This document shows, in pieces, positions 37,591 through 50,660 of a stretch of DNA of 64,000 bases (position 1 is the first letter of the stretch; each line of letters opens with the position of its first letter). The stretch lies in assembly GCF_009914755.1 (NCBI RefSeq), contig NC_060925.1. One strand, given 5' to 3'. This DNA is from the human T2T-CHM13v2.0 reference genome, Homo sapiens. The notes below the pieces were generated by a model, which had not been told where the DNA came from, searched no databases, and saw only the letters and a list, made by a program, of their open reading frames with translations. The position numbers and the translations under genes were made by a program.

Positions 37591-37626
<36 letters not shown>
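37563..37626. repeat. Compound (TG)n/(AG)n/(TG)~16 microsatellite
   Basis: Direct reading. Confidence 0.9.
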
Positions 37627-37627
<1 letters not shown>

Positions 37628-38719
37628 TAGGGGGAGCAGATGCTCTGCTGAAGGTCAAGTGCTCACTTATGCATATTCAAAGCGGCCACCCATCGATCTG
37701 TACTTAATTGTTTTCCTGGGGTTGGGGAAGGAAGTGCTGGGGGCATCGATCTGCTCAGGCCCCAGCACTCCATTGCCCCCCCTCCATCCCCTTCCCTCAC
37801 CACCTGGCTGCCAGCAACCTCCACCTGGGGGGGGGACACACGGCAGCTCAGGGGCAGCGCCTTCCCTTACAGTCCCTTTTAGCCATGACTGACCTGATGC
37901 CACAGATGAGGAAACTGAGGCCCAGAAAGAAGAGACTTAACATAGGTTAGATCACTATGAAGTAGCCAAATAGGATTGAATTCCTGCTCAGCCTGTTAAC
38001 CAAATCCTGGGCTTCTCCGGGTAGGCCTGGTAGCTAGTCGGGCCTTCAAACATTACCCATCCCCTCACTTTAGAAGTCCCCAAACACCAGGCTGCCCTTC
38101 TACCAGTGGCAGGACAGCGTACAGGGCAGTGGTCAGAATGAAGCTTGGGTGAGTTTCCAGAAGTTGGATAGGTGGTCCAGTGATGGAACCAAAGTGACTG
38201 CCAGCTGTGAGTAGATGAGCACCGCAGTGGTCCAGCCCTTTGCTAGTCCCAGGAGGTCTCCATCCCACTAACACACAGGGGAGAGGGCCCAGCACAGGGT
38301 CAGAAACACAAAATGGGAGGCTGCACACAGTGTCTGTGCCAGGGCCCAGGGCCCAGATTCTGTGTCCACCCTTCCTTTCCAGCTGCAGGAACCAACACTC
38401 CAGCCCCATGGGTACTAGGAGGCTAGGAGAAAGTGTACTTAAACCTTAGCACCCTCTAAAGCCATTCTCCTTGACCGCAGAGGTACCAGCCACAGCCCAA
38501 CTTCCCAGCCAGCCTTCCCCCACCCTTTCCCAGGCCACAGCTGAACCCACAAATCAGGGGCTGAGTGTGAGGCTCAAGGACAGGGGAGAAGATGCTGGCC
38601 CAGAGCCAGGGCAGAGCTGGGATGGAGGCAGTGAGGGAAGCAGCCAGTGGGTGGTGCATAGCCAGAGGAGCCGCTGAGCCTGGTCAGGGCTGAGGCTGGA
38701 GCGCAGTGGGCCAGAGAGC

Positions 38720-39320
38720 AGTGGCGGCTGCCTTTCAAGTACTTTAAAATCACTTACAAAGGCCGGATTAAACGATCAGAAATTCCATTTAATAGGACAA
38801 ATAAAGAAATAACAATCTACTCTATCAGCCTGGAGAAGACGAGCTGAATGGGTTTTTTTCCCCTCTAAAAAGGAAAAAGGGAAGGAAGGGGGAAAAAAGA
38901 AGGATAATGTGTGTTTACTCAAGCAAAGAAAAAAATATTTAAGTGATGTCGGGGAGAAGATTGCAGTAACTAGTGAAGAATAACATCGTCTACTTTGCTG
39001 TCAAATCACACCCGAATTTCAGTAATAGATTCTCGGCTGACACTCAATTCAATTCGAAGGTGATCCTGCTTTATCCCAGCCCATCAAATATTAAACACTT
39101 GCATTAGCAGGTGCTGCCGCTTCCCAGCTTAAAGCGACGGGCGGGCGGCAGGGCTGCCGAGGCCCCTCCGCTCTGCTTATGGCTCGGGGACAGGGCAGCT
39201 CAACGTTATCTGCACGTCATCCTGAGTCTTATCGCAGCTAAGCGGGAAGACCACTTCAGATAACATTAGATGCTTGCCCCACCGCGTCACCGTGATTAGA
39301 TTATTATTGTAATTATGACT
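38720..39320. promoter_or_regulatory. Putative highly conserved intronic enhancer
   Basis: Repeat-free, AT-rich block with retained CpGs and dense TAAT/ATTA, ATCAAA and GATA-like motifs. Its position relative to DMAP1 fits my unverified recollection of an ultraconserved/VISTA element in this ERI3 intron. Confidence 0.7.
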
Positions 39321-42300
39321 CCCCAAGATCTTCCACAGACTGGGACGTGTGAAAGGGGGACGGAGGACAGCAGAGCCCCAGGAGGGCCAGGCTGGACCAG
39401 GGAAAGCTGGGCCCTTGGCAGGAAAGCGAAGGTGCCAGGAAAGGAGGCAACCCGGTCCCGCCTGACAGATGCCTTTCAGGAAGGGCAGTCTGGCTTGTCA
39501 GAGCGAGGGCGAGATGAATTGGCGTCTCCACTGCGGCCGTGGGTGTCATGCCGCACAGTTTCATATTCCCAGATAAGGCGTGATAACCAATTGCTGCTGT
39601 GACATGGCCTCATCCAGCACTTCCTCAGGGGGGGCATGGGGCGGGAGAGGGGGTGGCGCATGCACATGGGTCTGCCAAGCTCCTAATAAGAGGGATTTAA
39701 TTTTTACAAATGCTGCTTCCAGCGGGACCTTCACATACCAGCCAAAGTCCAAAATGATATTAAAAACGGTTAATTAAAACTGCTCTCCCTCAGCCTGGGC
39801 TCTCCCGCTGTTGGCCCTGCTGAGAGCCCTGGCACGTCTTCCCCAGGTACTGACACATGCACCTGCAGAGCCTAACCTTCAGATGTGACCACCAGCCTCA
39901 CGGGGCCACCCTAAGCATAGTACCAGGGCCCAGCACCTCATGCTCCCCCCAGCTCCTGCCATCTTGGGTACTGCTTAGGCACAGCCAACAGACGCAGATA
40001 GCTGCCCACAAAACATAGGTGGTCCCACAGCAACCTGTGCTCCTGCCAACATATGGTCTGCCAACATATGGTCTGGATCCTCACACCTGCTACCCCGCTG
40101 CACCTGTAGTCATCTGTGCCCACCACTCACTTTTAAAGCCCATGCCTCTCCCCACAAGATATGCAGGCCATGGAGTGGCCCAAGCGCATATATGCTGGCA
40201 TGCCACAAATGCATCGGACTTGCCCTCAGGTGACTGCCACACTTCCATTACTTGCTCCCTCCATTCGCCCTCCTTAAGAGATTGGATCTGTCTACAAATC
40301 TCAGCAGAGACCTTCCTGGGAGTCCTGATCAGGGTGAGGTGTCATGGGCTATGTCTCAGAGATTCCGGCTGAGGAGCCACGGCTGGCACTCAGAGACCCA
40401 TCAGAGCAGGAGGATCAGCAAGGCTGAGCCCTTTGGATTGCCTACAGGGGACAATGAAGACAAGCAGACCCTGGTGAGATTGGAGGAGGCTAGGAAAGCT
40501 TCCTGGAGGGAGTGGTACTGGCAGGCTGGGACGGTTTGACAGGTGGCAGGGGAGTACAACATTCCAGACAGAAGGCACAGCAAAGACAAAGGAAAGTGGC
40601 ATGAGCAAGCACAATAAAGGCTTGGGTGTGGCTGGGACAGCCAAATTAGAGAGGGGAGCCACATCTGAAGGCACTGCCTCTCAACTCTGTGTACCTGGCA
40701 GCAACATGGCATCAAGGGGCCTTGTGTCTATCTCTTTACTCCTGCCTGCTCCCTCTCACTGCTCCCTTCCCTCTCCTGCCAGCTTGGGGGAATGGGGATA
40801 TGGGGCCCAGAAGCTTTCTGATCTTGATCAGTGTGGGGCAGGAATCTGCTTTAAGAGCTCTCTCCAAGAGCTTGTGCCCGAGCCTGTTTCCCAAAGCTGC
40901 TTCCAAATCCTCTGGGTGCCACTTCTTTGGCTGCATCTCTCTCAGCCATCAGGGTCCACCTGCCCAGCTATGCACAGTCAGCACCTAGCCCCTGGGGTTC
41001 CCAGACAGAGGGTGGGGCAGGTAGGAAGATGACTGAGGTGCTCCTGAGTCCTGTCCAGGGCAGGTACTGATGCGAGCCACAGGGACAGGTGGAGCTGGCT
41101 GAGGTGAAAGATGCTGGGCCTACCAAGCCAAACCACCTCAGCCCTGTGCCAGGCAGGCACGCACACACGCTTCCCTTCCCCTGGGCTGCTGCAATTTCCA
41201 TGCACAGGGAAGCAGGTGCCGAGCTGCTCCCGGCTGGCTCTCCCCTCTCGTGGCTCTGCCCGCCTTGGCTGCTGCCCCATTAGCTTAGTGGCCAGCCATC
41301 TGCGACGGGCCTGCCGCATAGCCCTGCTGTAGGTGCGGCGGGTGGCCCCCTGTGTAACAGGGAGCTTTGCCATTAGCGCCTTTAATATTCTGACACCTCA
41401 GCGCAGCCTGCTATTACATGCAAACACTGATCGCCCTGTGAAATTACATTGCTGGGCCCGCGAAATGGAATCGTGTATAATCAGCCTCCTCCATGCACTG
41501 TCAGTCCCATCACAAACACGGCGCCCGGCGGCTTATGGGGGCTTAGCAGCTGCGACAAGTGTATTGGGTTTAATAGATGAAGTAGCCCTCATCGGCTGCA
41601 GCATCAGATCCTTCAAAGAGGAAAGAGGCCTCAGCAGCTGCTATGGTATCTCTGCCCACCCATATACTACCTACCAGGACCCTCAGAGTGGAGTGGACGC
41701 ACAGTGGGAAGGGCTGTGGTTGGGCTAAATGGCTAGAACCCAGCTCAGGCTGCAGACAGAATAGGCTGCTCTGCAACTTTCAGAAAAACCAGAGTTTTGA
41801 AGCCTGTGCTAGCACATTCAGCCTATCCATCCCACCTAGAGGTGAGGAGGAGCAGGCCTTTAACCATACCTCTGGATGACTTGTCACCCTGCAGGTGATT
41901 GCTCAAGACTAGGAGCCAAATCAAACCAACTGCCATTCCCCTAACCCCCAACAGAGATGAAGCTGTGATGGTGATACTCCAGAGGATAGGGAAGAGAAAG
42001 TCTGGCAGACACAAATACTACCTAACTCTCTATCCTGACCAACACTTCCACAGCTGGTGAGCCAAATACCTAAGGGCACAGGTAAACACTAGGCTGGAGT
42101 ATGCCACATATACTTATGGCACACCCAGCAGCCCATGCCTCATAGAAAGGCTCAGTTCTGCCAGCTATTAGCACTATAACTTTGGATGAGTTATTAAACC
42201 TCTCTGAGCCTCAGTTTCTTGTACTGCGAGATGGGATGACAGTACTTTCCTCCAGGTATATCTGAGATCACCCAGGACTACTCACTCCCACTGCTACCTC

Positions 42301-42404
42301 CAGATATTCTTGGTGCCATTGCTCAAAATGCACCTTGCCTTTGAGAATACAGTTCCCTCTCCCTTTCCCAGGGAACCCTTTTCCAGGTTCAGCCTAATAC
42401 CAGT

Positions 42405-42925
42405 TGTGGCAGAGTGTATTTTCCTGTGATGGGTTGCAACACTATCTCCCATCTCACATGTTCTTCTTTCACTGTGACTCTGACATACCTACCATCAAGA
42501 CTAAGTCTCTGTCACCATCCCTGCCCTTCAACACTACTGCAAAAATGCTTAGGCAGCTTCCACCTCAATCACTGGAAAGTTTCCCTGCAGTCCGGGGCTG
42601 CTGTGTTAAGTAGTGAGACTGCCTGAAGGTAGCCATGCCATGAGGAAGCCCAAACTAACCCATGCAGAGAGAACACAGATAGAAGCCATGAGACTCGGTG
42701 AAGAAAGAGAGAGGCCCAGCCAGCCCGCAACTGCTCTGACCATTGTGCCAGCTCCAGCCACTGCCTGACTATATAACCACACAAGAGATCCTGAGCCAGA
42801 ACCACATTACCTATCCCCTCCTGAATTCCTCAGTCACAGAAACCATGAGGGATAATACAATATTTGTTGTTATTTTAAGTCACTAAGTGTCAGGGTGATC
42901 AGTTATGCAGCAACACTAACTGGCA
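42405..42925 (+). mobile_element. MaLR LTR (MLT1G/H-like)
   Basis: Starts tgtggcaga; 'gccatgaggaagcccaaacta', 'gagatcctgagccagaaccac', 'ttttaagtcactaagt...ttatgcagcaa'. Confidence 0.8.
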
Positions 42926-42929
42926 AGCC

Positions 42930-44960
42930 AATACCTAACTCACTCCTGGATATACTCTGCAGATGTCTTCAAATTCTTTCCTGCTGCTTCTAGACTATTC
43001 TTCCTCTCCCTCTGGGACTTCATTCCAAATCATCATCACTCTGGGTAACTTCAGTATCTACAAGATAACCCAGCCATGGACGTTGCCTCTCAATTTCTTG
43101 ACTCCCTGTGCTCTAATGAGCTTCTCCTCTACCTATTTCAGTCATCTTTCCCCAGAGCCACCCCCTGAGCCTTGTTATCACCCAGAACTGCCCTCTCTCT
43201 GAAATCTCACAAGGACGAATTCCACTCTGGCCCCAGCCTCCTAACCTTCTAGCTTTTGTTTGCTTTCTCCCTCTGCTCTTGCTTCCTCCCAGCCCCCGCC
43301 TACCCCTAGTCTGTCTATCCCCTTTTCGGGCTTCAGTACTTTTCTACTAAGCCTGAACCCTTGAATCTATCACTTCAACCACCCATCCCCCAATTTTTAA
43401 CACCCTGCCTACTTGTCCTAGAGCACACCTTTTCTGGAAAACCCCAACCATGACTCCATTTCTCCACACTTGCTCTTGAGCTCAACAATGCCAGAAAAAG
43501 TCATTCTTATATACAGAAAGTGGTTACTACAGATCCAAGACCACAGCCTTAGCAACCCTCAATGGTACTCACCAACCCTAATGCCTTCCTACTTCCAGAA
43601 AGATAATAAAGCCACTAGGCAGAGCTCTTTCTGCATGCCCCTTATCTACAAATGCATCTGCATCCTTCCCCACCTGCTCCTTCACCTCCCCTGTTCTAAC
43701 AGGGGAGACACTACGCTTCTTGTCTAAGGCCAACACCGTACTTGTGCTTTACAGGCCATCCTTTCCCCACCTCCTCAGGCCCTTGCTCCATCTAGTATTT
43801 CTTGTCTTTCTAAATCCTTAACCTCCTCTTCTCTGCTGGCTTCTTCATTAACATTCAAGCATATGCTTAGATTTCTATCACTTTCACATAACTTCTCTGT
43901 GTCTTGGTTTCCTCTTTGTAAAATGGGGGTTATAATAGTTTCTACCCCATAGAATTGATGTGAGGATTAAATGAGGATTACTGTCTGTAAAGTGCTTAAA
44001 ACACTGCCTGGCTCTCTGAAACCTATGTTAAGTTTTAGATTATTTTTAAAGTTCTATATGCATTTCACATCCTATCCAGCTACTGCTGTTCTCCTGTTAA
44101 CGACCAACTTCTCAAGACTGCCTCCACTCCCTTCCTCCTTCACTCCTTCACTCCCTGCAGTCTGGTCAAGCTGCCGCCATGCTGCCCCACATCTGTGGAC
44201 AGTTTCAGATTCTTACCTGCCTTCGCCATTTTGCAGCCTGCTCCATCTCTGAAACCCTTCTCCCTTCTTGACACTCTACTCAGTTTTCCTAGCTCTCTGC
44301 CATTTTCCCCACAATCTCCTGTATAGTCTCCTCTGCATTTGGTCATCGTATCTGTGTACTCACCCACTCTGCACTCTCTCTTCCTATTTTTTTCTACATG
44401 CTACCACTCTCCTTGGGTTCCTTGGGTGATTTCCTCAAGTCCATTGTCTTCAACCTTTCTAATTTCCAAATCTGTATTTCTTACCCCTACTTGAGTGTCA
44501 GACATATATATTCTATTGCCTACCTCGAATCACCCCCTGGATTTCACACAGACGCTTCATTCTCCATATGTTTAAAGCTCATTTCAACATCTCCTCTTCA
44601 AACTGCTTCTTCTCCTGGGCTCCCAAATTGCAGTGAAAGCTATTACCATCTACCTGGTCTACCAGGCCAGAAATGTGGGAGTCAATCTTGATTCCTTCCT
44701 CTTCCTTACTGCCCACCAAGTCCTGGGATTGCTGTTTCATGCCTTCAAGCCTTTGATGAAGCAGTTCCTTCAGCCTGCCTAGAACGCCCTCTGCCTTCTC
44801 CCACATTTTGTCCTAATTTGAACACACACTCCTCTTTCAACATTCAATTCAAAAAGTACCTTCCTTTATAGTCTTTCCTGGCTCATCCCTCCTTTAAATC
44901 CCCCATACTGTGAATGGCACCTGTAACATGGATTTTGTCTCCCATTATGCTGAGAGGTTC
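42930..44960 (+). mobile_element. Long L2 fragment (with a MIR at ~43880-44030)
   Basis: Pyrimidine-rich decayed L2 ORF2/3' body; MIR core 'tttcctctttgtaaaatggggg...tgtgaggattaaatgag'. Confidence 0.6.
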
Positions 44961-47379
44961 CTGAGGGGGTTGGGGGGTTGTATTTGCTGTCTCTGAGTGG
45001 TCTCCACTGAGAAAAGGAGAAGCGAGAGGAGAAGGGGAGAGGAAGAAAAGACACCTCTTTGGGTATAATTCTACCAAGCCTGGAGGCCTGGTTTCCGGAG
45101 CTGCTACTCCTGCCAATCCTACCCAGTCTCCTTCAGGAACCATAGCTGTTCTTGCCCAGCAGAACAGCAACAGCCCACCCCACAGCCATTCTTGGAACTG
45201 GGGGCTCAGTTGCCTGTTTTAAGGAAGAGGGAACTGTTGCTGTCTCCTCCTTTTCTGTACTCTCAGCCTATGTATATCCCCCAACCCATTCCTCGGGTCC
45301 AGCAGAGGCTTGACCCGCACAGCTAAAGCAGCAAAGGGATGGACACTTGCATCAGGTGACACAAGCCCATCCTCCCTAACCCCAGATGGCAGTTCTGTTG
45401 TGTGTACAGTGTTCTCCGGCTACCAACATACTTCAGGGGCCCCAGAGCTGCTGCTGCCTCTCTTCATCAACGGAACCTGAGTGGGATAATTATCGTCTCT
45501 GTGTACTTAACCTTACTGCTCACTGCCTCCAACATGATGGCTGCCTCTAGTGCACTGGGCCACCACTACAGCAAAGGCAGGGGCTATGCCACAGGTCTAA
45601 GTCCCACAGCATTTGGTACTGGGGGTCCCAGGAGTGGAAGACAGCTACCAGCTCAGTTTGATCCCAAGTATTATGGTCCCGAGTATTTTCAGGTGGAGTT
45701 TTCTCTTTCTTGCTCTCAGATTTCTTGGCTTCACCGCTGAGTCAGAGGGGCCTTGGGGACAGTGAAGTTTCTGGGTTGAGAATAAGATAAGTAGCTCCTG
45801 AGCCATGCTGCCTCAGTCCCTGCAGAAGAGGGTGGCCTGTCTGGGGCTCCACGTGCACTGTCACAGAGTCTAAGGCAGCAGGTCAGTCTGAGCCAGCTGC
45901 CCAGGGTGAGAGCTACATTGTGAGTTTTCTTTGTTTTCATTACAATTTCCTCTCCCACCGCTTCTTTTTAGCCAGCCCTTTCCTCCCCGGGGTGCTGGGG
46001 ATTGAATGAAACACCACCCCCGGCTCCAATAAGTGTATTTCAATTACATCTGTCACTGCATAACGATATAATGATATATCATGTGATATTAAATCCATGG
46101 TAATCATATCAGGGATTTTTTTTAATCGTGCACTAATCGCATTATTACATCTCTATAATTAACAACAGGAGGTATGGAAATTCAGTTAAGGCAGTTGGCT
46201 CAATGTACTCCCCCCAACCCACCCCCATCCTAGCTCCCCCAGATCAGGACCCGATCAGGAGACAGGGACTGCAGGGCACTTGCCAGCTGGGCCAAAGCCC
46301 CACTCCCAGTGCCTCAGTCATGGGCAGAGCTTTCCACATCCAGGGCTGGCAGAGACAGTCCAGGGTGCTGGTCCATCTTGTGGTTCCTCAGGAAAGAAGC
46401 CTGGGGGCAGAAGCCAAACAGAGAGGCCCAACTACAGGGCTTAGCTGGGGCCTTCCAGACTTCCCACCACTGCTGCACCAAATCATCTCCATGGGGAGGG
46501 ATGTCACCTTTTCTTTCAGCAAGGCCCTCAAAGGTGCTTGTAAGGCACAGGGGTGAGTTTCTCCCTCATGGCCTCCTGCGCCAGAATTCCCTCTGCTACT
46601 GCTACACATACACCCTCCCTCTAACCCAGCCCTCTGACAGCTCCTAACAGCACCAGGTCCAGCAGCTGTGATGTCTCTGCCTCTTGGTCCTATCATCCCT
46701 GGTGATAGCTGACCAAACCCAACTCCCTGGGGCCATTCCTCCCCAATCCTCTCGCAGAAGCTGGCCCTTCATATCATATAACAAGTGAGTTTTGATAACC
46801 ACTGGGATGTTCCTCCATTTCCCCAAAACAGTCTAAGTTCTTATGTTCTCCCACCCAGGCCTAGATGGAGAGAGGAGGGGCTAGGGACTGCAGCTTGAAC
46901 TATGTCAAATGACCCTGTCTCTCCCACCCCCCTTCCTGATACTGAGCTGTTAGGGCTAATCCCCTCAGGGGTGTCAGAACCAGTCTGCAAAGCAGAATTC
47001 TGTGTTTCAAGCCCAAAGCTTTGAACCTGGCATGTAACTAGTCCTCAGTAAGGGGCAGGCATTTTGCTAAGTTTGACTCTCAGAAGTTGGACAGGCCTGA
47101 AGATAAAAGAGAAAAATCATGTCCTTTTTCCTAATAAAAAGGAGACACTAATAGCAGTCAGCACTTAGGCAAAGCACTTTAAGTTTCTAAAGTGCTTTCC
47201 AAATTAAAATATAATCCTTTATTGAGCATGCGGCACTACCGCCACCACCACCCACCCAGCCACCCCTCACATACAAAGGTATATGCATGCTTGCACACAG
47301 CATACACGCCTTCACTTTCTTTCCCCCTGGGAAAAAGAAGAAGGGTGTTCAAAACATTCATCCCAGATCCCCCTCCCTC

Positions 47380-48380
47380 TTCATTAGATTGTTCATGTAA
47401 CACCCATTTATTGAGGAACTACCATGTGCCAAGCCCTGTGCTGGGTGCTAGAGATACACAGGTCAAGCAGACCAAGCCACTGCCCTCAAGGAGCTCCCAG
47501 GCTAGAAGGAGAGACATGTAAACATATTTGCAAAACAACACTGAAGGAAATCAGCAAGAAGGACCCACACGGCCTTCAGTGGGCCATAGGTGGGGCACCC
47601 AGGGAAGGTGTAGGCTAGGAGCTCAGACCAGTGGTCTGAGCTGAGACAGAATCCTAAGAAGCAGATGAGTGGTACAAGAAACTAAGAGTAGATAAGATCA
47701 CCCAGGAAGAAAGTAAAAACCTTTAGAATCAGATGAAGCCCTTCTCTTCTCTGATGTTTGGAGGGAAAAAAAGGATGAGAAGGTTGAAATTCCAGCCTCC
47801 AGAGCTAAGGCCCAAAGAACCTTCTCTTTGGGGTGCACCCAACATCCTGGCTCCTGTATCTTCCTTGGTCAAATCAGTCTTCACTCTACTGTAATATGAT
47901 GGAGAGTGCACGCTTTGGAATCACACTGACTCATTCACAACAAACATTTACTGAGAGCCTATTACATGCCAGGCTATATGCACATATATAGCAACAGAGC
48001 ACAATACTGTCCTCGGAGAGCTTCCACAGCTTTCTCCAAGAGACTTAAGCTCAAAGGAACTGTAATAAAGGTTCCAACAAGACACATAAGCTTTTATAAT
48101 AGGAGAGAAAAGGGGAGTCTGACTTAGGTGGGGAATGCTTCCCTGAGAACAGGTAAGTAGAAGCTGGCTGGCTGCCTGGCTGCCTGGCTGACTGATTGGA
48201 GGTGGGGTGGGGGAAGGGCAGAGGTGGGGTGACTGGGGGCATGCTAAGGCCTGGAAGGAATCAAATCAACGCCAGAGTCCCTGAGCACAGAAAATCAAGC
48301 ATGAAATGTGGCTGATGAGGAAGGCAGGAGATGCAGCCCATGCAGGACCTCAAAGGACACGGTAAGGGCTTTGTACTGTT
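47380..48380 (-). mobile_element. L2 3' fragments
   Basis: 'atttattgaggaactaccatgtgccaagccctgtgctgggtgct', 'aacaaacatttactgagagcctattacatgccaggc'. Confidence 0.65.
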
Positions 48381-48458
48381 TCCTAAGGCCATTCAGGGGC
48401 CCTCCACTACCACGCTATGTGATCTTGGGGTGCTCTACCAATATGAAAAGGTAGTTCC

Positions 48459-48934
<476 letters not shown>

Positions 48935-50039
48935 CTAGATTTTCCATCTAGAAGGAGAGGAAGAAAGTACACAAGCATTCATTCACTGAATATTCACACA
49001 TTCACTGAAGGCCTGCCAGAACCCAGCAACTCAAACAGAATCACATGTAGACCTGCGCTCAAAGAACTCATAGTCCTTTGACGGGAAACAGACACAGAAA
49101 CCAGTAACGGCCCATAACTGTGATACAGTGAGTGGAGAGAGCCACAGTAGGGATTGAGAGGAGGGAAGTTCTCAGGACCAGTGGCCTCTGGAGCCCAGAA
49201 TGGTGTGTGTTGCTTCTGATCCTGCCTCACTGCACAGGCAGCAATTGGTTGGCTGGGACAGCATGACCCACACAGACTGCGGATTGAGCAGGGGCAGGAG
49301 TGTGAGGAGGACCCTAAAGCCAAGCCTCCTGGGAAGGGGCTGGAGACCAAGTAGCAGTGAACCTAAGCCTGGACCTTCTGGTTACAAAGATGAAGGTTGA
49401 AAGGACGTGATCAGAGCCACAGAGGAGAGGAGAGAGGCCCATTGTATAGTCTCTGGATGGCTAGAAGGGAGTACCTTTAGAAATAACAACAGGGCTTGGA
49501 TAAAAAAGAATTTCAGAAATGGAAACTCTAGCCCCTGGGTCTCAGTTTCTTCACTGAAAAATGAGGGACTTTACTGGATTTCTTAGGTCTCTTCTTGATC
49601 TGAAATTCATCAGATCTGAGGTACTTCATTCAACTCCCCCACCCCCACCCCAAGAGTCAGGCTTATTTCTGCCCCACATGTTTGCTTATACTATATTTCC
49701 CCACCTGGAACGCTCAACTTCCCTTCTCCAAATCCTGTCTGCTAGGACACTACCTTCAGGAAGCCCTTCATGATTTCTCTTTCCCACTCCTCCATGCCCC
49801 ACCCTGACCTCCACACCCATTTCTCTCAACAGCACTTTGCTTAACCACGTATTTACATAGGGTCTGGTATTCTTACCTGATTGGTCTAGGGATTGTTTTA
49901 TCACTCCCTGACCCCTGACATCCATTTCTTACAGGTCCTAGAAGCAGGCAGGTGCTGTTCTAGCCTGAAGTCTAGGTCCCCACTCCCTCTGCCCACAGTC
50001 CTTTGAGAACTCGACAGGCCTCGACTTGAAAAGGGTGCT

Positions 50040-50660
50040 AAAAGCAATGATGTCTCCAAGTGTGATGGGAGATATTTGTGTCTGCTTTACCCTTGGCTTT
50101 TTGCTCCGGTTCAGGTAGGAGCGGGGTGGGCCGGCTGGCAGATCTGAGAGCGTGGCACGCCCCAGCGGGCAGGGCGCACAGCGCGGAGGAAGGCGCGAGT
50201 CAGTCTGGAGTGCTCCCCATTTATCAAGCTCACGCAGGCCGCCAGCCGAGCGAGTCTTTCTATCATTACACCTCTCAAAATCCGATTCATACCACTAATC
50301 CTGCCTTCATTCTCCCAGATTAATAACATCTCTTTCAACCTTCACAGTGTGATAAATAGACAAAGAGAGAACAAAAGGAGAGACAGAAGAGAGAGAAAGA
50401 GCTGGAGCAAGTCCCCATAATAGAGAGAGCTGAGAAAGAGGAGAGGGAAAAAAGGAGAGCGAACGAGAGCAGGCAGCGGCCAGAGACTGCAGCTACCTTA
50501 GAGAGCCGCTCTGAGGAGAGCTGGCGGCTGCGCCCCGCTATGCGCTCCGCTCCGTCCCCAAAGAGAAAGAAAGGCTCGTTAACAGCTCCTTCCTGCCTGC
50601 ACTTTTGTTCAAATTCTTTTCTTCCCTTCCAATCCTGCTTTAGGTCAAATTCCAGTGAAA
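50040..50660. promoter_or_regulatory. Intronic CpG-rich element (orphan CpG island / enhancer candidate)
   Basis: CpG clusters at 50105-50255 and 50460-50580 flank an AT-rich motif core and a purine-rich tract. Confidence 0.6.

Noticed and set aside
46645-46666. REST/RE1-like 'cagcaccaggtccagc'
   Set aside because: The right half-site lacks the GGACAG core.
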